Shown: positions 27,562 to 40,972 of the stretch, one piece after another | How positions within the stretch are numbered: position 1 is the stretch's first letter | Layout of the letters: the number at the start of each line of letters is the position of its first letter | DNA from: Eledone cirrhosa | Lineage: Eukaryota | Assembly: GCA_964016885.1 (NCBI GenBank) | Contig: OZ024741.1 | Coordinates: 37,386,001 to 37,450,000, forward strand | DNA: 64,000 nucleotides | Reading direction: 5' to 3' | Notes under the pieces: model-generated | The model's database searches: none | What the model was told of the DNA's origin: nothing | The model's input: only the letters and a program-made list of their open reading frames with translations | Translations under genes and position numbers: made by a program

Positions 27562-28486
27562 CTAGCAGTAAAGCCCGGCGTTGCTCGGGGTCGCTCAGTA
27601 GCTGTGTTAAAGTTACAATGTTAAGTTTCTTTTTTGGCTTAAAAACTGTAGTGTCTACTGTGTAGACTTGCATGTGGTGTTTTTGATTAATATTCCCTCA
27701 ACCAACAATATGCCTTATGAAGTTAAGAAAACATAACGATAACCCGAATGTTATAACAAAAGAGGATGCTGGGGATAAAAACTGCACTGGTTATTTATTA
27801 ACAAAGATCGAAAATGTAAACACTGCAACGCAGAGAAAAACATTAGCGTAACCAAATTATCAGTTGTCTGCACGCCTATATCACCTCTCTGCACGACTGT
27901 CTGTCTGCACGCCTATATCACCTCTCTGCACGACTGTCTGTCTGCACGCCTATATCACCTCTCTGCACGACTGTCAGTCTGCACGCCTATATCACCTCTC
28001 TGCACGACTGTCTGTCTGCACGCCTATATCACCTCTCTGCACGACTGTCTGTCTGCACGCCTAACGAAATATACAGATACATATATTTTAAATAAACTTA
28101 TATAATTTTTGCTTTTTTTTACGAAATATTTGCTTGTTTTACGTAGTCTTTAAATAGACTTGTTTTCAAGTAAAAATATTGTTTTAAAAGGCTTTTAAAT
28201 GGAAATGAAGCAAAACGGAAGAAAATGTAAAGAGAACGTAAGACGCTACGCTGAATGTAAACAGAACAAAGGGAAATAACTGATCACTTACGCTCAAAAA
28301 TCGATACATTATATTCGATTTCGTCAGATAGGGCGGGTCAATTTGAAATATTTTTTTTCCGATGTCTTCGCTAGGGCTCAATGTACAAGTATAGCAATTT
28401 CGGTGCAATTCCGTGAGAGATTCTAAGAGGAGATGTGTGCCAAAAATCGATAGACAGACAGACAACCTCAGTTTTATATATATAGA
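27562..28486 (-). mobile_element. Non-autonomous Helitron
   Basis: Minus strand begins TC(TATATATATAAAA) with (GTCT)n near the 5' end and ends with hairpin CCCGAGCAACGCCGGG then CTAG; sits between A and T. Confidence 0.8.
27866..28062. repeat. 37-bp minisatellite (~5.3 units) inside the Helitron
   Basis: Unit ctgcacgcctatatcacctctctgcacgactgtctgt. Confidence 0.95.
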
Positions 28487-28520
28487 TATATATATATACA
28501 TATATATAATATATATATAC

Positions 28521-28560
<40 letters not shown>

Positions 28561-28588
28561 ATATATATATAATATATATATATACAAT

Positions 28589-29802
28589 ATCATCATCATC
28601 ATCATCATCATCGTTTAACGTCCATGTTCCACGCTTGCATGGGTTTGGACGGGAGTTTTCCCACTTGAGGCAAGAGTGGTTGACTTGCTCGCATAGGACT
28701 GTCTGGCGGGTTTTCTACAGCTGGATGCCCTTCCTAACACCAACCACACTTACAGTGTGGGGCTGGGAGGTTTTTACCGTGTTGCCTACACGGCCACATT
28801 ACAGCGTGGACTGTGTGTTTTTTTGTCGTGACATCTACACGATCTCATTTGTTTCGGCCTGGATGTTGTGGCACCAACATAACTTTACATTGAAGGTGTG
28901 GGTGGGGTAGGGGTGGTGGGACGGGGAGTATTTTGTTAGAGATGCCTACTGGCTGTAGTAGGTTTTACTTTGTATTTAGGTAAGGCGGGTCTTCTCTATT
29001 ACTGAGTACCGCCAAAGATCTCGGTCCAGTGACATTGTCTTGGAGAGGTGTGTGTGTGTGAGGTCGGACTTTATCAGCTCGTTCCAGGTTTTTCTGGGTC
29101 TGCCTACTCCGTGGCTACCGTCTATCTTTATTGCCCTGCACTTTTTTATACAGCTGTCGTCTTTCATGCGCATCACGTGACCATACCAACGTAGCCTTCT
29201 CTCGACTAAACAACATCTGATCCCTCTTATTTCTAATTTTTTCCTTAGTTCGTTTATGCTTTGCCGTTCGCGTATATTACTATTACACATCCAGCGGAGC
29301 ATGCAAGCTTCGTTCCTCTCTAGTCTCCGTATATCCTCTGCACACAATGCCCAGGTCTCACTGCCATGCAACATTGCTGTTCGTATGCAGGCATCATACA
29401 ACCTGCCTTTCATTTTTAGGGAGAACCCTTTAGCGGCTAATAGTGGTATAAGCTCTCTGAACTTTTTCCATCCAGTTCTGACTCTAGCTACTGTACTTTC
29501 AGAGCACCCTCCCCCACTGCTGATTTTGTCACCCAGGTAACGGAAGCTGTCCACTATTTCTATAGAACCCTCTGCGCAATTGAAAGAGCTAGTATTTCGT
29601 GGGGACTTGCTGCTACTTATTGCACCAGAGCACCGGCCACATGTAAAATCTATGTTCTTAGTTAGCTTACCTGTGATCCCACTACATCTTTTATGCACCC
29701 ATACTTTGCATTTGGGACATAAAATGGAGTTTCTACCTATGCCTTTCCTACACACTGAGCATGGTCATTTCCCGGAAGGGACTGGTGCCTTATTTTCTTT
29801 CC

Positions 29803-29806
<4 letters not shown>
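28589..29806 (-). mobile_element. LINE family A, 5'-truncated
   Basis: C-terminal ORF 28976-29806, UTR, (CAT)n tail. Confidence 0.93.
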
Positions 29807-29837
<31 letters not shown>

Positions 29838-29844
<7 letters not shown>

Positions 29845-30090
29845 AAAGTTAAATAAAATTCAAATAATTAAAATTTAGCTTCGTTTATTACTGCTATATA
29901 TATTTCAGTGACAGCCATCTTTGGCTGTGACCTCTTCAGGCAGTTTGAATTAGTATGGTATAGACAAGTACATATGTTGTTTAGGTGTATAATATTGTCA
30001 ATACTCTGATATGCCCAGATCCTTGTCGAGTTGTTATTTCACTGAGGAACTGCGCACTTCGTCGAGTGCTCCAGCCTGCATACTGAGGTG
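29838..30090 (-). mobile_element. HHR family 5 element fused to a LINE A body
   Basis: Non-LINE block with HHR followed by AATAAA; joins LINE sequence at 30091 without a TA spacer. Confidence 0.65.
29890..29944 (-). ncRNA. Minimal type I hammerhead motif, family 5
   Basis: ACTGC-CTGAAGA-GGTCACAGCC/GGCTGTCACT-GAA-ATATATAT-A-GCAGT. Confidence 0.85.
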
Positions 30091-32225
30091 TTCCTACACA
30101 CTGAGCATGGCCATTTCCCAGATGGGACCGCCGCCTTATTTTCTTTCCTACAAACTAGAACTTTAGTCTTAGCCAGGTTAATTTTAAGGCCTTTTGATTC
30201 TAGGCCGTGCTTCCATGTTTGGAATTTCTTCTCTAGCTCGGCCATTGATTCCGCTATGAGTGTCAGGTCGTCTGCGTATAGGAGTTCCCATGGGCAGCCG
30301 GTCTTGAACTCCTCTGTTATAGCCTGAAGGGCAATAATAAATAGTAGGGGGCTGAGAACAGAGCCCTGATGGACGCCAACTTTTACGCTAAACTCTTCAC
30401 TATATTCGTTGTTAATTCTAACCTTGCTGACTGTTTCTTTATACATGGCTTGTATAGCTCTCACAAGCCATTCGTCAACGCCTAGTTTTCTAAGAGCCCA
30501 CCAGATAATGGAGCGGGGGACTCTGTCGAAGGCTTTCTCCAAGTCGACAAAAGCTAAGTAGAGGGGTTTACCTTTAGCTAGGTACTTCTCCTGTAGTTGT
30601 CGTACAATGAAAAGAGCGTCTGTGGTACTTTTGCCTGACACAAACCCGAACTGCATTTCATCTAGGTCAATTCTCTCTCTGATTAGTTGTGCTATTACTT
30701 TTTCCGTGACCTTCATGACCTGGTCGATTAATTTAATGCCTCTATAGTTACTCCTATCTAGGGCGTCTCCTTTACCCTTATAACAGTTAACGATGATGCT
30801 GCTATGCCAGTCCTTCGGAACAACCCCATTCTGTACGACTTGGTTAACTATGCGGGTGACCATGGTGTGTCCCACCGTGCCAGATGCCTTCAGCATCTCA
30901 GCAACTATTTCCGAAGGCCCAGCCGCCTTATCCGTCTTCATATCCTTGATTGCCTTACTTATTATACTCCCCTCGACTAACACTGCTGGTCCCTCTATTG
31001 GATCGATGTTGGGGAGACTGTCTTTCTCCCATTTATTCTCCTCATTTAGCAGCCTTTCGTAGTGACACTTCCAAGCTACCGTCTTATCAGCGTCAGTGAT
31101 GGCGAGTACACCATCATCATTAAGGACACACTTTTCCCCGACAGTATCACGGTTTTCCTTGACACATTGCCTAGCAATCCTGAACACCCCACGTTTTTGG
31201 TCATCGCGTTGTAGAACATGCTTGAACTTTCTTTCCTCAGCTTCCCTTCTTGCTAAGTACACTTGTCTCTTAGCTTCCCTCCTGGCCACTTGATAGTCTT
31301 CTCTACTTCCCCCATCCCGCCATACTTTCCAAGCCTGCTTTTTGGCCTTAATTGACTCCTCCACCTTACTGTTCCACCACCATGTTACTCTCTTCCTGCC
31401 TACAGGCCTGCTCCAGCCACAAACTTCGTCTGTCGCCAACAGCAGGTTTGCTTTCAGAAATTCCCACTCTCCCTCTATATTGTCCGACTCTAAATGTTCT
31501 TCCTTACTGTCGAAAGCATCAAGTAATATGCTTTGAAATTTATTCCTGGCTGTGGGGTCCTTTAGCTTCCATATTTTTCTCCTGAGGATAGTCCTCTTCT
31601 GCTGTCGAGTACGTCTCGTCCTGACTATGAGGTCGCTAATTATCAGTCTATGTTGGGAGGTGCATTCTTCATGGGGAGGGATTTAGTGTTAACAACAGAC
31701 ACTCTGTCACGTCTTCTGGTAAGGATATAATCTACCTGGCTTGTGTGTTCCCCGGATCTATAGGTGATCAGGTGATTGTCACGTTTTTTGAAGTTAGTGT
31801 TACAGATAGTTAGGTTATTTGCATCACAGTATTCCAGGATTCTGGAGCCTTCCTCATTTCTAGTACCAAACCCATAGCCTCCATGGATTTCGTCGTAGCC
31901 GTCACAATGTTGTCCAACGTGACCATTTAGGTCGCCTGCAATAATTATATAGTCACTGTCAGATATTTGGGAGGTAGTTAGCATCAGTGTCTCATAGAAT
32001 CTGTCTTTTATAGTGCCGGGCTGTCCAGATTGGGGTGCGTACGCAGATATTACTGTCACCGTAGTTCTATTGAGGACAAGTCGTATTTTAATTATTCTGT
32101 CGTTCACTCTATTTACATCTATTATCTTATCTGCCCACTTTTCTGCTACCATGATTCCTACTCCACCCAACCCATCGTCGTTTCCCACCCAGAAAAGCTT
32201 ATAACATCGTTTTTTACCCTCAATG

Positions 32226-32227
<2 letters not shown>
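30091..32227 (-). mobile_element. LINE family A internal segment (APE part + RT), both ends missing, frameshift near 31670
   Basis: ORF pieces 31643-32227 and 30091-~31640 match the full-length ORF. Confidence 0.92.
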
Positions 32228-32307
<80 letters not shown>

Positions 32308-32336
32308 GTATGTATATATATATATATATATGTATG

Positions 32337-32385
<49 letters not shown>

Positions 32386-32395
32386 TCAATATTTG

Positions 32396-32453
<58 letters not shown>

Positions 32454-32458
32454 ATTTG

Positions 32459-32491
<33 letters not shown>

Positions 32492-32523
32492 GTATATATA
32501 TATATATATATATAGAATATTTG

Positions 32524-32593
<70 letters not shown>

Positions 32594-32610
32594 TACATAT
32601 ATACAATATT

Positions 32611-32648
<38 letters not shown>

Positions 32649-32653
32649 ATTTG

Positions 32654-32684
<31 letters not shown>

Positions 32685-32716
32685 GTATATATATATATAT
32701 ATATATATACAATATT

Positions 32717-32756
<40 letters not shown>

Positions 32757-32762
32757 ATTTGT

Positions 32763-32793
<31 letters not shown>

Positions 32794-32796
32794 ATT

Positions 32797-32834
<38 letters not shown>

Positions 32835-32837
32835 ATT

Positions 32838-32880
<43 letters not shown>

Positions 32881-32881
32881 G

Positions 32882-32941
<60 letters not shown>

Positions 32942-32975
32942 CAATATTTGTATATATATATATATACAATATTTG

Positions 32976-33032
<57 letters not shown>

Positions 33033-33033
33033 G

Positions 33034-33064
<31 letters not shown>

Positions 33065-33083
33065 GTATATATATATATGTATA

Positions 33084-33148
<65 letters not shown>

Positions 33149-33161
33149 GTATAAATATATA

Positions 33162-34443
33162 TCCTCTCTAGTCTGCGTATATCCTCTGTACACAATGCCC
33201 AGGTCTCACTGCCATGCAGCATTGCTGTTCGTATGCAGGCATCGTATAACCTGCCTTTCATTTTTAGGGAGAACCCTCTAGCGGCTAATAGTGGTATAAG
33301 CTCTCTGAACTTTTTCCATCCAGTTCTGACTCTAGCTACTGTACTTTCAGAGCACCCTCCCCCATTGCTGATTTTGTCACCCAGGTAACGGAAGCTGTCC
33401 AATATTTCTATAGAACCCTCTGCGCAGTTGAAGGAGCTAGTATTTTGTGGACACTTGCTGCTACTTATTGCACCAGAGCACCGGCCACATGTAAAATCTA
33501 TGTTCTTAGTTAGCTTACCTGTGATCCCACTACATCTTTTATGCACCCATACTTTGCATTTGGGACATAAAATGGAGTTTCTACCTACGCCTTTCCTACA
33601 CACCGAGCACGACCATTTCCCAGAAGGGACCGCTGCCTTATTTTCTTTCCTACAAACTAGAGCTTTAGTCTTAGCCAAGTTAATTTTAAGGCCTTTTGAT
33701 TCTAGGCCGTGCTTCCATGTTTGGAATTTCTTCTCTAGTTCGGTCATTGATTCAGCTATGAGCGTTAGATCATCTGCGTATAGGAGTTCCCATGGGCAGC
33801 CGGTCTTGAACTCCTCTGTTATAGCCTGAAGGGCAATAATAAATAGTAGGGGGCTAAGAACAGAGCCCTGATGGACACCAACTTTTACGCTAAACTCTTC
33901 ACTATATTCGTTGTTAATTCTAACCTTACTGACTGTTTCTTTATACATGGCTTGTATAGCTCTCACAAGCCATTCGTCAACACCTAGTTTTCTAAGAGAC
34001 CACCAGATAATGGAACGGGGGACTCTGTCGAAGGCTTTCTCCAAGTCGACGAAAGCTAAGTATAGGGGTTTACTTTTAGCTAGGTACTTCTCCTGTAGTT
34101 GTCGTACAATGAAAAGAGCGTCTGTGGTACTTTTGCCTGACACAAATCCGAACTGCATTTCATCTAGATCAATTCTCTCTCTGATTAGTTGCGCTATAAC
34201 TTTTTCCGTGACCTTCATGACCTGGTCGATTAATTTAATGCCTCTATAGTTACTCCTATCTAGGGCATCTCCTTTTCCCTTATAGCAGTTAACGATGATG
34301 CTGCTACGCCAGTCCTTCGGAACAACCCCATTCTGTACGACTTGGTTAACTATCCGGGTGACCATGGTGTGTCCCACCGAACCAGATGCCTTCAGCATCT
34401 CAGCAACTATTTCCGAAGGACCAGCCGCCTTACCCGTCTTCAT

Positions 34444-34448
<5 letters not shown>
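33162..34448 (-). mobile_element. LINE family A internal RT segment lacking both ends
   Basis: DMKTGK..IRRLER, with TA tracts on both sides. Confidence 0.92.
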
Positions 34449-34479
<31 letters not shown>

Positions 34480-34492
34480 ATATATATATACA

Positions 34493-34523
<31 letters not shown>

Positions 34524-34571
34524 ATATGTATATATATATATACACAATATATATACACAATATATATATAT

Positions 34572-34607
<36 letters not shown>

Positions 34608-34836
34608 ATGTATATATATATACAATATATATATATATACAATATATATATATACAATATATATATATATATACAATATATATATATATATATACAATAT
34701 ATATATATATACAAAATATATATATATATATATATACAATATATATATATATATTGTATATATATATATATATATATATTGTATATATATATATATTGTA
34801 TATATATATATGTATATATATTGTATATATATGTAT

Positions 34837-35119
34837 ATCATCATCATCATTTTACGTCTGCTTTTCCCTGCTTATAAGGGTGGGTCGGGAACTGATTCTG
34901 GCTTGATTTCTACAGCTGGATGCCCTTCCTAACACCAACCTCATTTACAGTGAGTGCTGGGTGCTTTTTTCCGTGGCACCTCCACGACCACTCTACAGCT
35001 GAGTAAACTGGAGCAATGTGAAATAAAGTGTCTTGCTCAAGAAAACAACACATCACCCGGTCTGAGAATTGAACTCACAACCTTTCGATTGCAAGCACAA
35101 TGCTCTAACCACTAAGCCA
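34837..35119 (-). mobile_element. SINE, same family as 5170-5524, internal deletion
   Basis: Direct similarity, (CAT)n tail. Confidence 0.85.
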
Positions 35120-35156
35120 AGTAAATGGTAGTATTTATATATATACAATATATATA

Positions 35157-35329
35157 CTGAGCAGCCTAATTTGCATATTGAGTGAGTTAAATCGGTCAGG
35201 CATACCGAAAACGATAAGTTGAAAATAATGAAAACGAAATTTCGTTTCTCACTCTTAGTATGGCACTTACTTAAATGTAAGTATGTATGTATACGTACAT
35301 ACATATATGTATACAGACGTACAGTAGCA

Positions 35330-35369
<40 letters not shown>

Positions 35370-36065
35370 TACATACAGGTACACATACATATATGCACGC
35401 ATCAGTTTAGCGGACGCTTATTATAACGCCGCTTTGTTCGTTTGTAAACAAACTGAACAGCCTGAATTTATGCCATACGGTGTTAAGGCAACCACGTCAC
35501 CTTTTTGTTCAACACTGACAAAGCGGCTTTATAATAAGCGTCCGCTAAACTGATGCGTGCATATATGTATATGTACCTGTATGTATATATGTGTATATAT
35601 ATATATATGTGTATATATATATATATATGCATGCTACTGTATGTCTGTATACATATATGTATGTACGTATACATACATACTTACATTTAAGTAAGTGCCA
35701 TACTAAGAGTGAGAAATGAAATTTCGTTTTCATTTTTTTCAACTTATCGTTTTCGGTATGCCTAACCGATTTAACTCACTCAATATGCAAATTAGGCTGC
35801 TCAGCCGTTAATTTTCGTAAGGAAAGTATATACTTTCGAACGTTCAACTATCTGGCAGATGGGTATACGGTGCTGATGATAGCTAACAAGCTTGAAACTA
35901 GTACATCGTTCCTGTGTCAGTGTTGAACAAAAAGGTGACGTGGTTGCCTTAACACCGTATGGCATAAATTCAGGCTGTTCAGTTTGTTTACAAACGAACA
36001 AAGCGGCGTTATAATAAGCGTCCGCTAAACTGATGCGTGCATATATGTATGTGTACCTGTATGTA

Positions 36066-36075
<10 letters not shown>
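35157..36075. mobile_element. Retrozyme-like HHR family 6 array: inverted arm 35157-35520 plus more than one tandem ~480-nt unit
   Basis: 35519-35595 recurs at 35999-36075; left arm is the reverse complement spanning the unit junction. Confidence 0.75.
35868..35908 (+). ncRNA. Minimal type I hammerhead motif, family 6
   Basis: CGGTG-CTGATGA-T.AGCT/AGCT.T-GAA-ACTAGT-A-CATCG. Confidence 0.85.
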
Positions 36076-36132
<57 letters not shown>

Positions 36133-36136
<4 letters not shown>

Positions 36137-38654
36137 GCTGTTGGCGACAGACGAAGTCTGTGGCTGGAGCAGGCCTGTAGGCAGGAGGAGAGTAACATGG
36201 TGGTGGAACAGTAAGGTGGAGGGGTCAATTAAGGCCAAAAAGCAGGCGTGGAAAGTATGGCGGGATGGGGGAAGTAGAGAAGACTATCAAGTGGCCAGGA
36301 GGGAAGCTAGGAGACAAGTGTACTTAGCAAGAAGGGAAGCTGAGGAAAGAAAGTTCAAGCATGTTCTACAACGCGATGACCAAAAACGTGAGGTGTTCAG
36401 GATTGCTAGGCAATGCGTCAAGGAAAACCGTGATATTGTCGGGGAGAAGTGTGTACTAAACGACGATGGCACACTTGCCATCACCGACGCTGATAAGAAG
36501 GTAGCTTGGAAGTGTAACTATGAAAGGCTACTAAATGAGGAGAATAAATGGGAGAAAGACAGTCTCCCCCATATCGACCCAATAGAGGGACCAGCAGTGT
36601 TAGTCGAGGGGAGTATAATAAGTAAGGCAATCAAGGATATGAAGACGGGTAAGGCGGCTGGGCCTTCGGAAATAGTTGCTGAGGTGCTGAAGGCATCTGG
36701 CACGGTGGGACACACCATGGTCACCCGCATAATTAACCAAGTCGTACAGAATGGGGTTGTTCCGAAGGACTGGCATAGCAGCATCATCGTTAACTGTTAT
36801 AAGGGTAAAGGAGACGCCCTAGCTAGGAGTAACTATAGAGGCATTAAATTAATCGACCAGGTCATGAAGGTCACGGAAAAAGTAATAGCACAACTAATCA
36901 GAGAGAGAATTGACCTAGATGAAATGCAGTTCGGGTTTGTGTCAGGCAAAAGTACTACAGACGCTCTTTTCATTGTACGACAACTACAGGAGAAGTACCT
37001 AGCTAAAGGTAAACCCCTCTACTTAGCTTTTGTCGACTTGGAGAAAGCCTTCGACAGAGTCCCCCGCTCCATTATCTGGTGGGCTCTTAGAAAACTAGGC
37101 GTTGACGAATGGCTTGTGAGAGCTATACAAGCCATGTATAAAGAAACAGTCAGCAAGGTTAGAATTAACAACGAATATAGTGAAGAGTTTAGCGTAAAAG
37201 TTGGCGTTCATCAGGGCTCTGTTCTCAGCCCCCTACTATTTATTATTGCCCTTCAGGCTATAACAGAGGAGTTCAAGACCGGCTGCCCATGGGAACTCCT
37301 ATACGCAGACGACCTGACACTCATAGCGGAATCAATGGCCGAGCTAGAGAAGAAATTCCAAACATGGAAGCACGGCCTAGAATCAAAAGGCCTTAAAATT
37401 AACTTGGCTAAGACTAAAGTTCTAGTTTGTAGGAAAGAAAATAAGGCGGCGGTCCCTTCTGGGAAATGGTCGTGCTCGGTGTGTAGGAAAGGTGTAGGTA
37501 GAAACTCCATTTTATGTCCTAAATGCAAAGTATGGGTGCATAAAAGATGTAGTGGAATCACAGGTAAGCTAACTAAGAACATAGATTTTACATGTGGCCG
37601 GTGCTCTGGTGCAATAAGTAGCAGCAAGTGCCCACAAAATACTAGCTCTTTCAATTGCGCAGAGGGTTCTATAGAAATAGTGGACAGTTTCCGTTACCTG
37701 GGTGATAAAATCAGCAGTGGGGGAGGGTGGTCTGAAAGTACAGTAGCTAGAGTCAGAACTGGTTGGAAAAAGTTCAGAGAGCTTATACCACTATTAGCTG
37801 CTAAAGGGTTCTCCCTAAAAATGAAAGGCAGGTTGTACGATGCCTGCATACGAACAGCAATGTTGCATGGCAGTGAGACCTGGGCATTGTGTGCAGAGGA
37901 TATATGCAGACTAAAGAGGAACGAAGCTTGCATGCTCCGCTGGATGTGTAACAGTAATATGCGTGAACGGCAAAGCATAAACGAACTAAGGAAAAAATTA
38001 GAAATAAGAGGGATCAGATGTTGTTTACTCGAGACAAGGCTACGTTGGTATGGACACGTGATGCGTATGAAAGTCGATAGCTGTATAACAAAGTGCAGGG
38101 CAATAAAGATAGACGGTAGCCACGGAATAGGCAGACCTAGAAAAACCTGGGACGAGCTGATAACCTCCGACCTCACACACTTACACCTCTCCAAGACAAT
38201 GTCACTGGACCGAGACCTTTGGCGGTACTCAGTAACAGAGAAGACCCGCCTTACCTAAATACATAGTAAAACCTACTACAGCCAGTAGGCATCTCTAACA
38301 AAATAACCCCCCCCCCCCGTCCCACCACCCCCACCCCATCCACGCCACCCCGCTCTATGTAAAGTTGTGTTGGTGCCACACCATCCAGGCCGAAACAAAT
38401 GAGATCGTGTAGGTGTCACGACAAAAAAACACACAGTCCACGCTGTAATGTGGCCGTGTAGGCAACACGGTAAAAACCTCCCAGACCCACACTGTAAATG
38501 TGGTTGGTGTTAGGAAGGGCATCCAACTGTAGAAAACCTGCCAGACAGTCCTATGCGAGCAAGACAATCACTCTTGCCTCAAGTGGGACTACCCCCGTCC
38601 AAACACATGCAGGCGTGGAACACGGACGTTAAACGTTGATGATGATGATGATGA

Positions 38655-38657
<3 letters not shown>
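36133..38657 (+). mobile_element. LINE family A, 5'-truncated, RT ORF open (to 38258)
   Basis: RT motifs, UTR, (GAT)n tail. Confidence 0.95.
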
Positions 38658-38695
<38 letters not shown>

Positions 38696-38862
38696 AATAT
38701 TGTATATATATATCTGTATATACAATATGGATATATACAGATGTATGATTGTATCTGTACATATATATGTATGTATGCATCTATAAATATATTTACATGC
38801 ATATGTATATATGCATCTCGATGAGACTGGGGTCATCTTAGTACATATGCATATATATATAT

Positions 38863-39034
<172 letters not shown>

Positions 39035-39123
39035 ATTTATATAATATATGTATATATATATAATATATGTATATATATATAATATATATATATATAATAT
39101 ATATACATATATAATATATATAT

Positions 39124-39165
<42 letters not shown>

Positions 39166-39171
39166 ATATAT

Positions 39172-39341
<170 letters not shown>

Positions 39342-39350
39342 ATATATATA

Positions 39351-39427
39351 TATTTATTAAAATAACAGATTAAAGTTTAAGCAAAGAATCGCTGCTGGAT
39401 TTTAGTCTTCAATTTTATTATTATTAC

Positions 39428-39429
<2 letters not shown>
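39351..39429. mobile_element. Miniature PLE family 1 insert (inverted arm + terminus)
   Basis: tttattaaaataa..cgctgc | tggattttagtctt..tacta; identical copy at 40430-40509. Confidence 0.75.
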
Positions 39430-39458
<29 letters not shown>

Positions 39459-39472
39459 ATTATATATATATA

Positions 39473-39581
<109 letters not shown>

Positions 39582-39613
39582 TAGAATCCATATTCAATAA
39601 ACAAACCAGGATT

Positions 39614-39673
39614 TTTCATTCTGAGGATTGAAAGCAAAACCTTTTGCTTTTAAGAAACCACTGGTAAATGGAA
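39614..39673 (+). ncRNA. Type I hammerhead motif, family 7, inside a ~190-bp insert (39581-39773)
   Basis: TTTCATT-CTGAGGA-TTGAAAGCAAAA/TTTTGCTTTTAA-GAA-ACCA-C-TGGT-A-AATGGAA. Confidence 0.85.
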
Positions 39674-39793
39674 TAATTGCCTTATGTTGTTTTTTACATA
39701 ATAATAATAATTAAGCTCTGTTGCAAACATAGAGCACTCTTTTTTCCTGGACTTTTCCGATGGAATTACTTCACATATATAATATATATATAT

Positions 39794-39867
<74 letters not shown>

Positions 39868-39958
39868 TATATATATTATATATATATATATATTATATAT
39901 ATATATTATATATATATATATTTATATATATATATATTTATATATATATATATATATA

Positions 39959-40179
39959 TTAGAAAGTGAGGTTTTTTTTTTTTACAAAATGAAAAGTAAC
40001 CGAGGTGTCCTACACGAGTGGAAGTATAAAGAAAAAGGGATGAAATCGAAAATGCAACTGAAGTCTTATTTTTTTTTAAATATATATATTTATTTGGTTC
40101 CTTTACCGGTTTCGCAGTTCTTCTGCTTTTCAAAAGGTGAGTTGAGATGGAGGGTCTGTGGTTTTTCTCACATCTGGAG
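39959..40179 (-). mobile_element. HHR family 4 element; U3-A8 HHR at 40100-40137
   Basis: Matches 15993-16219. Confidence 0.75.
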
Positions 40180-40180
40180 A

Positions 40181-40312
40181 TGGAGTCTGTGCTGCTGTAT
40201 GGGTCTGAGACTTGGACACTGACCAAGAGACTCACTCAGATGGTGGATGGGTGCTACACGAGAATGCTGAGGATGGCTCTGAACATTAATCAGTATACAC
40301 TGAGGATGAAAA

Positions 40313-40320
<8 letters not shown>
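40181..40320 (+). mobile_element. RTE family C fragment, inverted duplicate of 40966-41104
   Basis: [20 protein letters not shown] with the same breakpoint. Confidence 0.85.
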
Positions 40321-40367
<47 letters not shown>

Positions 40368-40376
40368 TATATATAT

Positions 40377-40407
<31 letters not shown>

Positions 40408-40429
40408 ATTATATATATATATATATATA

Positions 40430-40506
40430 TATTTATTAAAATAACAGATTAAAGTTTAAGCAAAGAATCGCTGCTGGATTTTAGTCTTCAATTTTATTAT
40501 TATTAC

Positions 40507-40509
<3 letters not shown>
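40430..40509. mobile_element. Miniature PLE family 1 insert, duplicate of 39351-39429
   Basis: Identical inversion junction. Confidence 0.75.
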
Positions 40510-40537
<28 letters not shown>

Positions 40538-40551
40538 ATTATATATATATA

Positions 40552-40827
<276 letters not shown>

Positions 40828-40841
40828 TATATATATAAAAT

Positions 40842-40874
<33 letters not shown>

Positions 40875-40876
40875 AT

Positions 40877-40965
<89 letters not shown>

Positions 40966-40972
<7 letters not shown>

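Noticed and set aside
27866-28062. CRISPR-like 37-bp periodicity
   Set aside because: Direct tandem units with no unique spacers, no cas genes, eukaryotic context.
29745-30152. ~60-bp target-site duplication around the family 5 element
   Set aside because: The two copies differ at several positions, more than expected for a TSD in such young elements.
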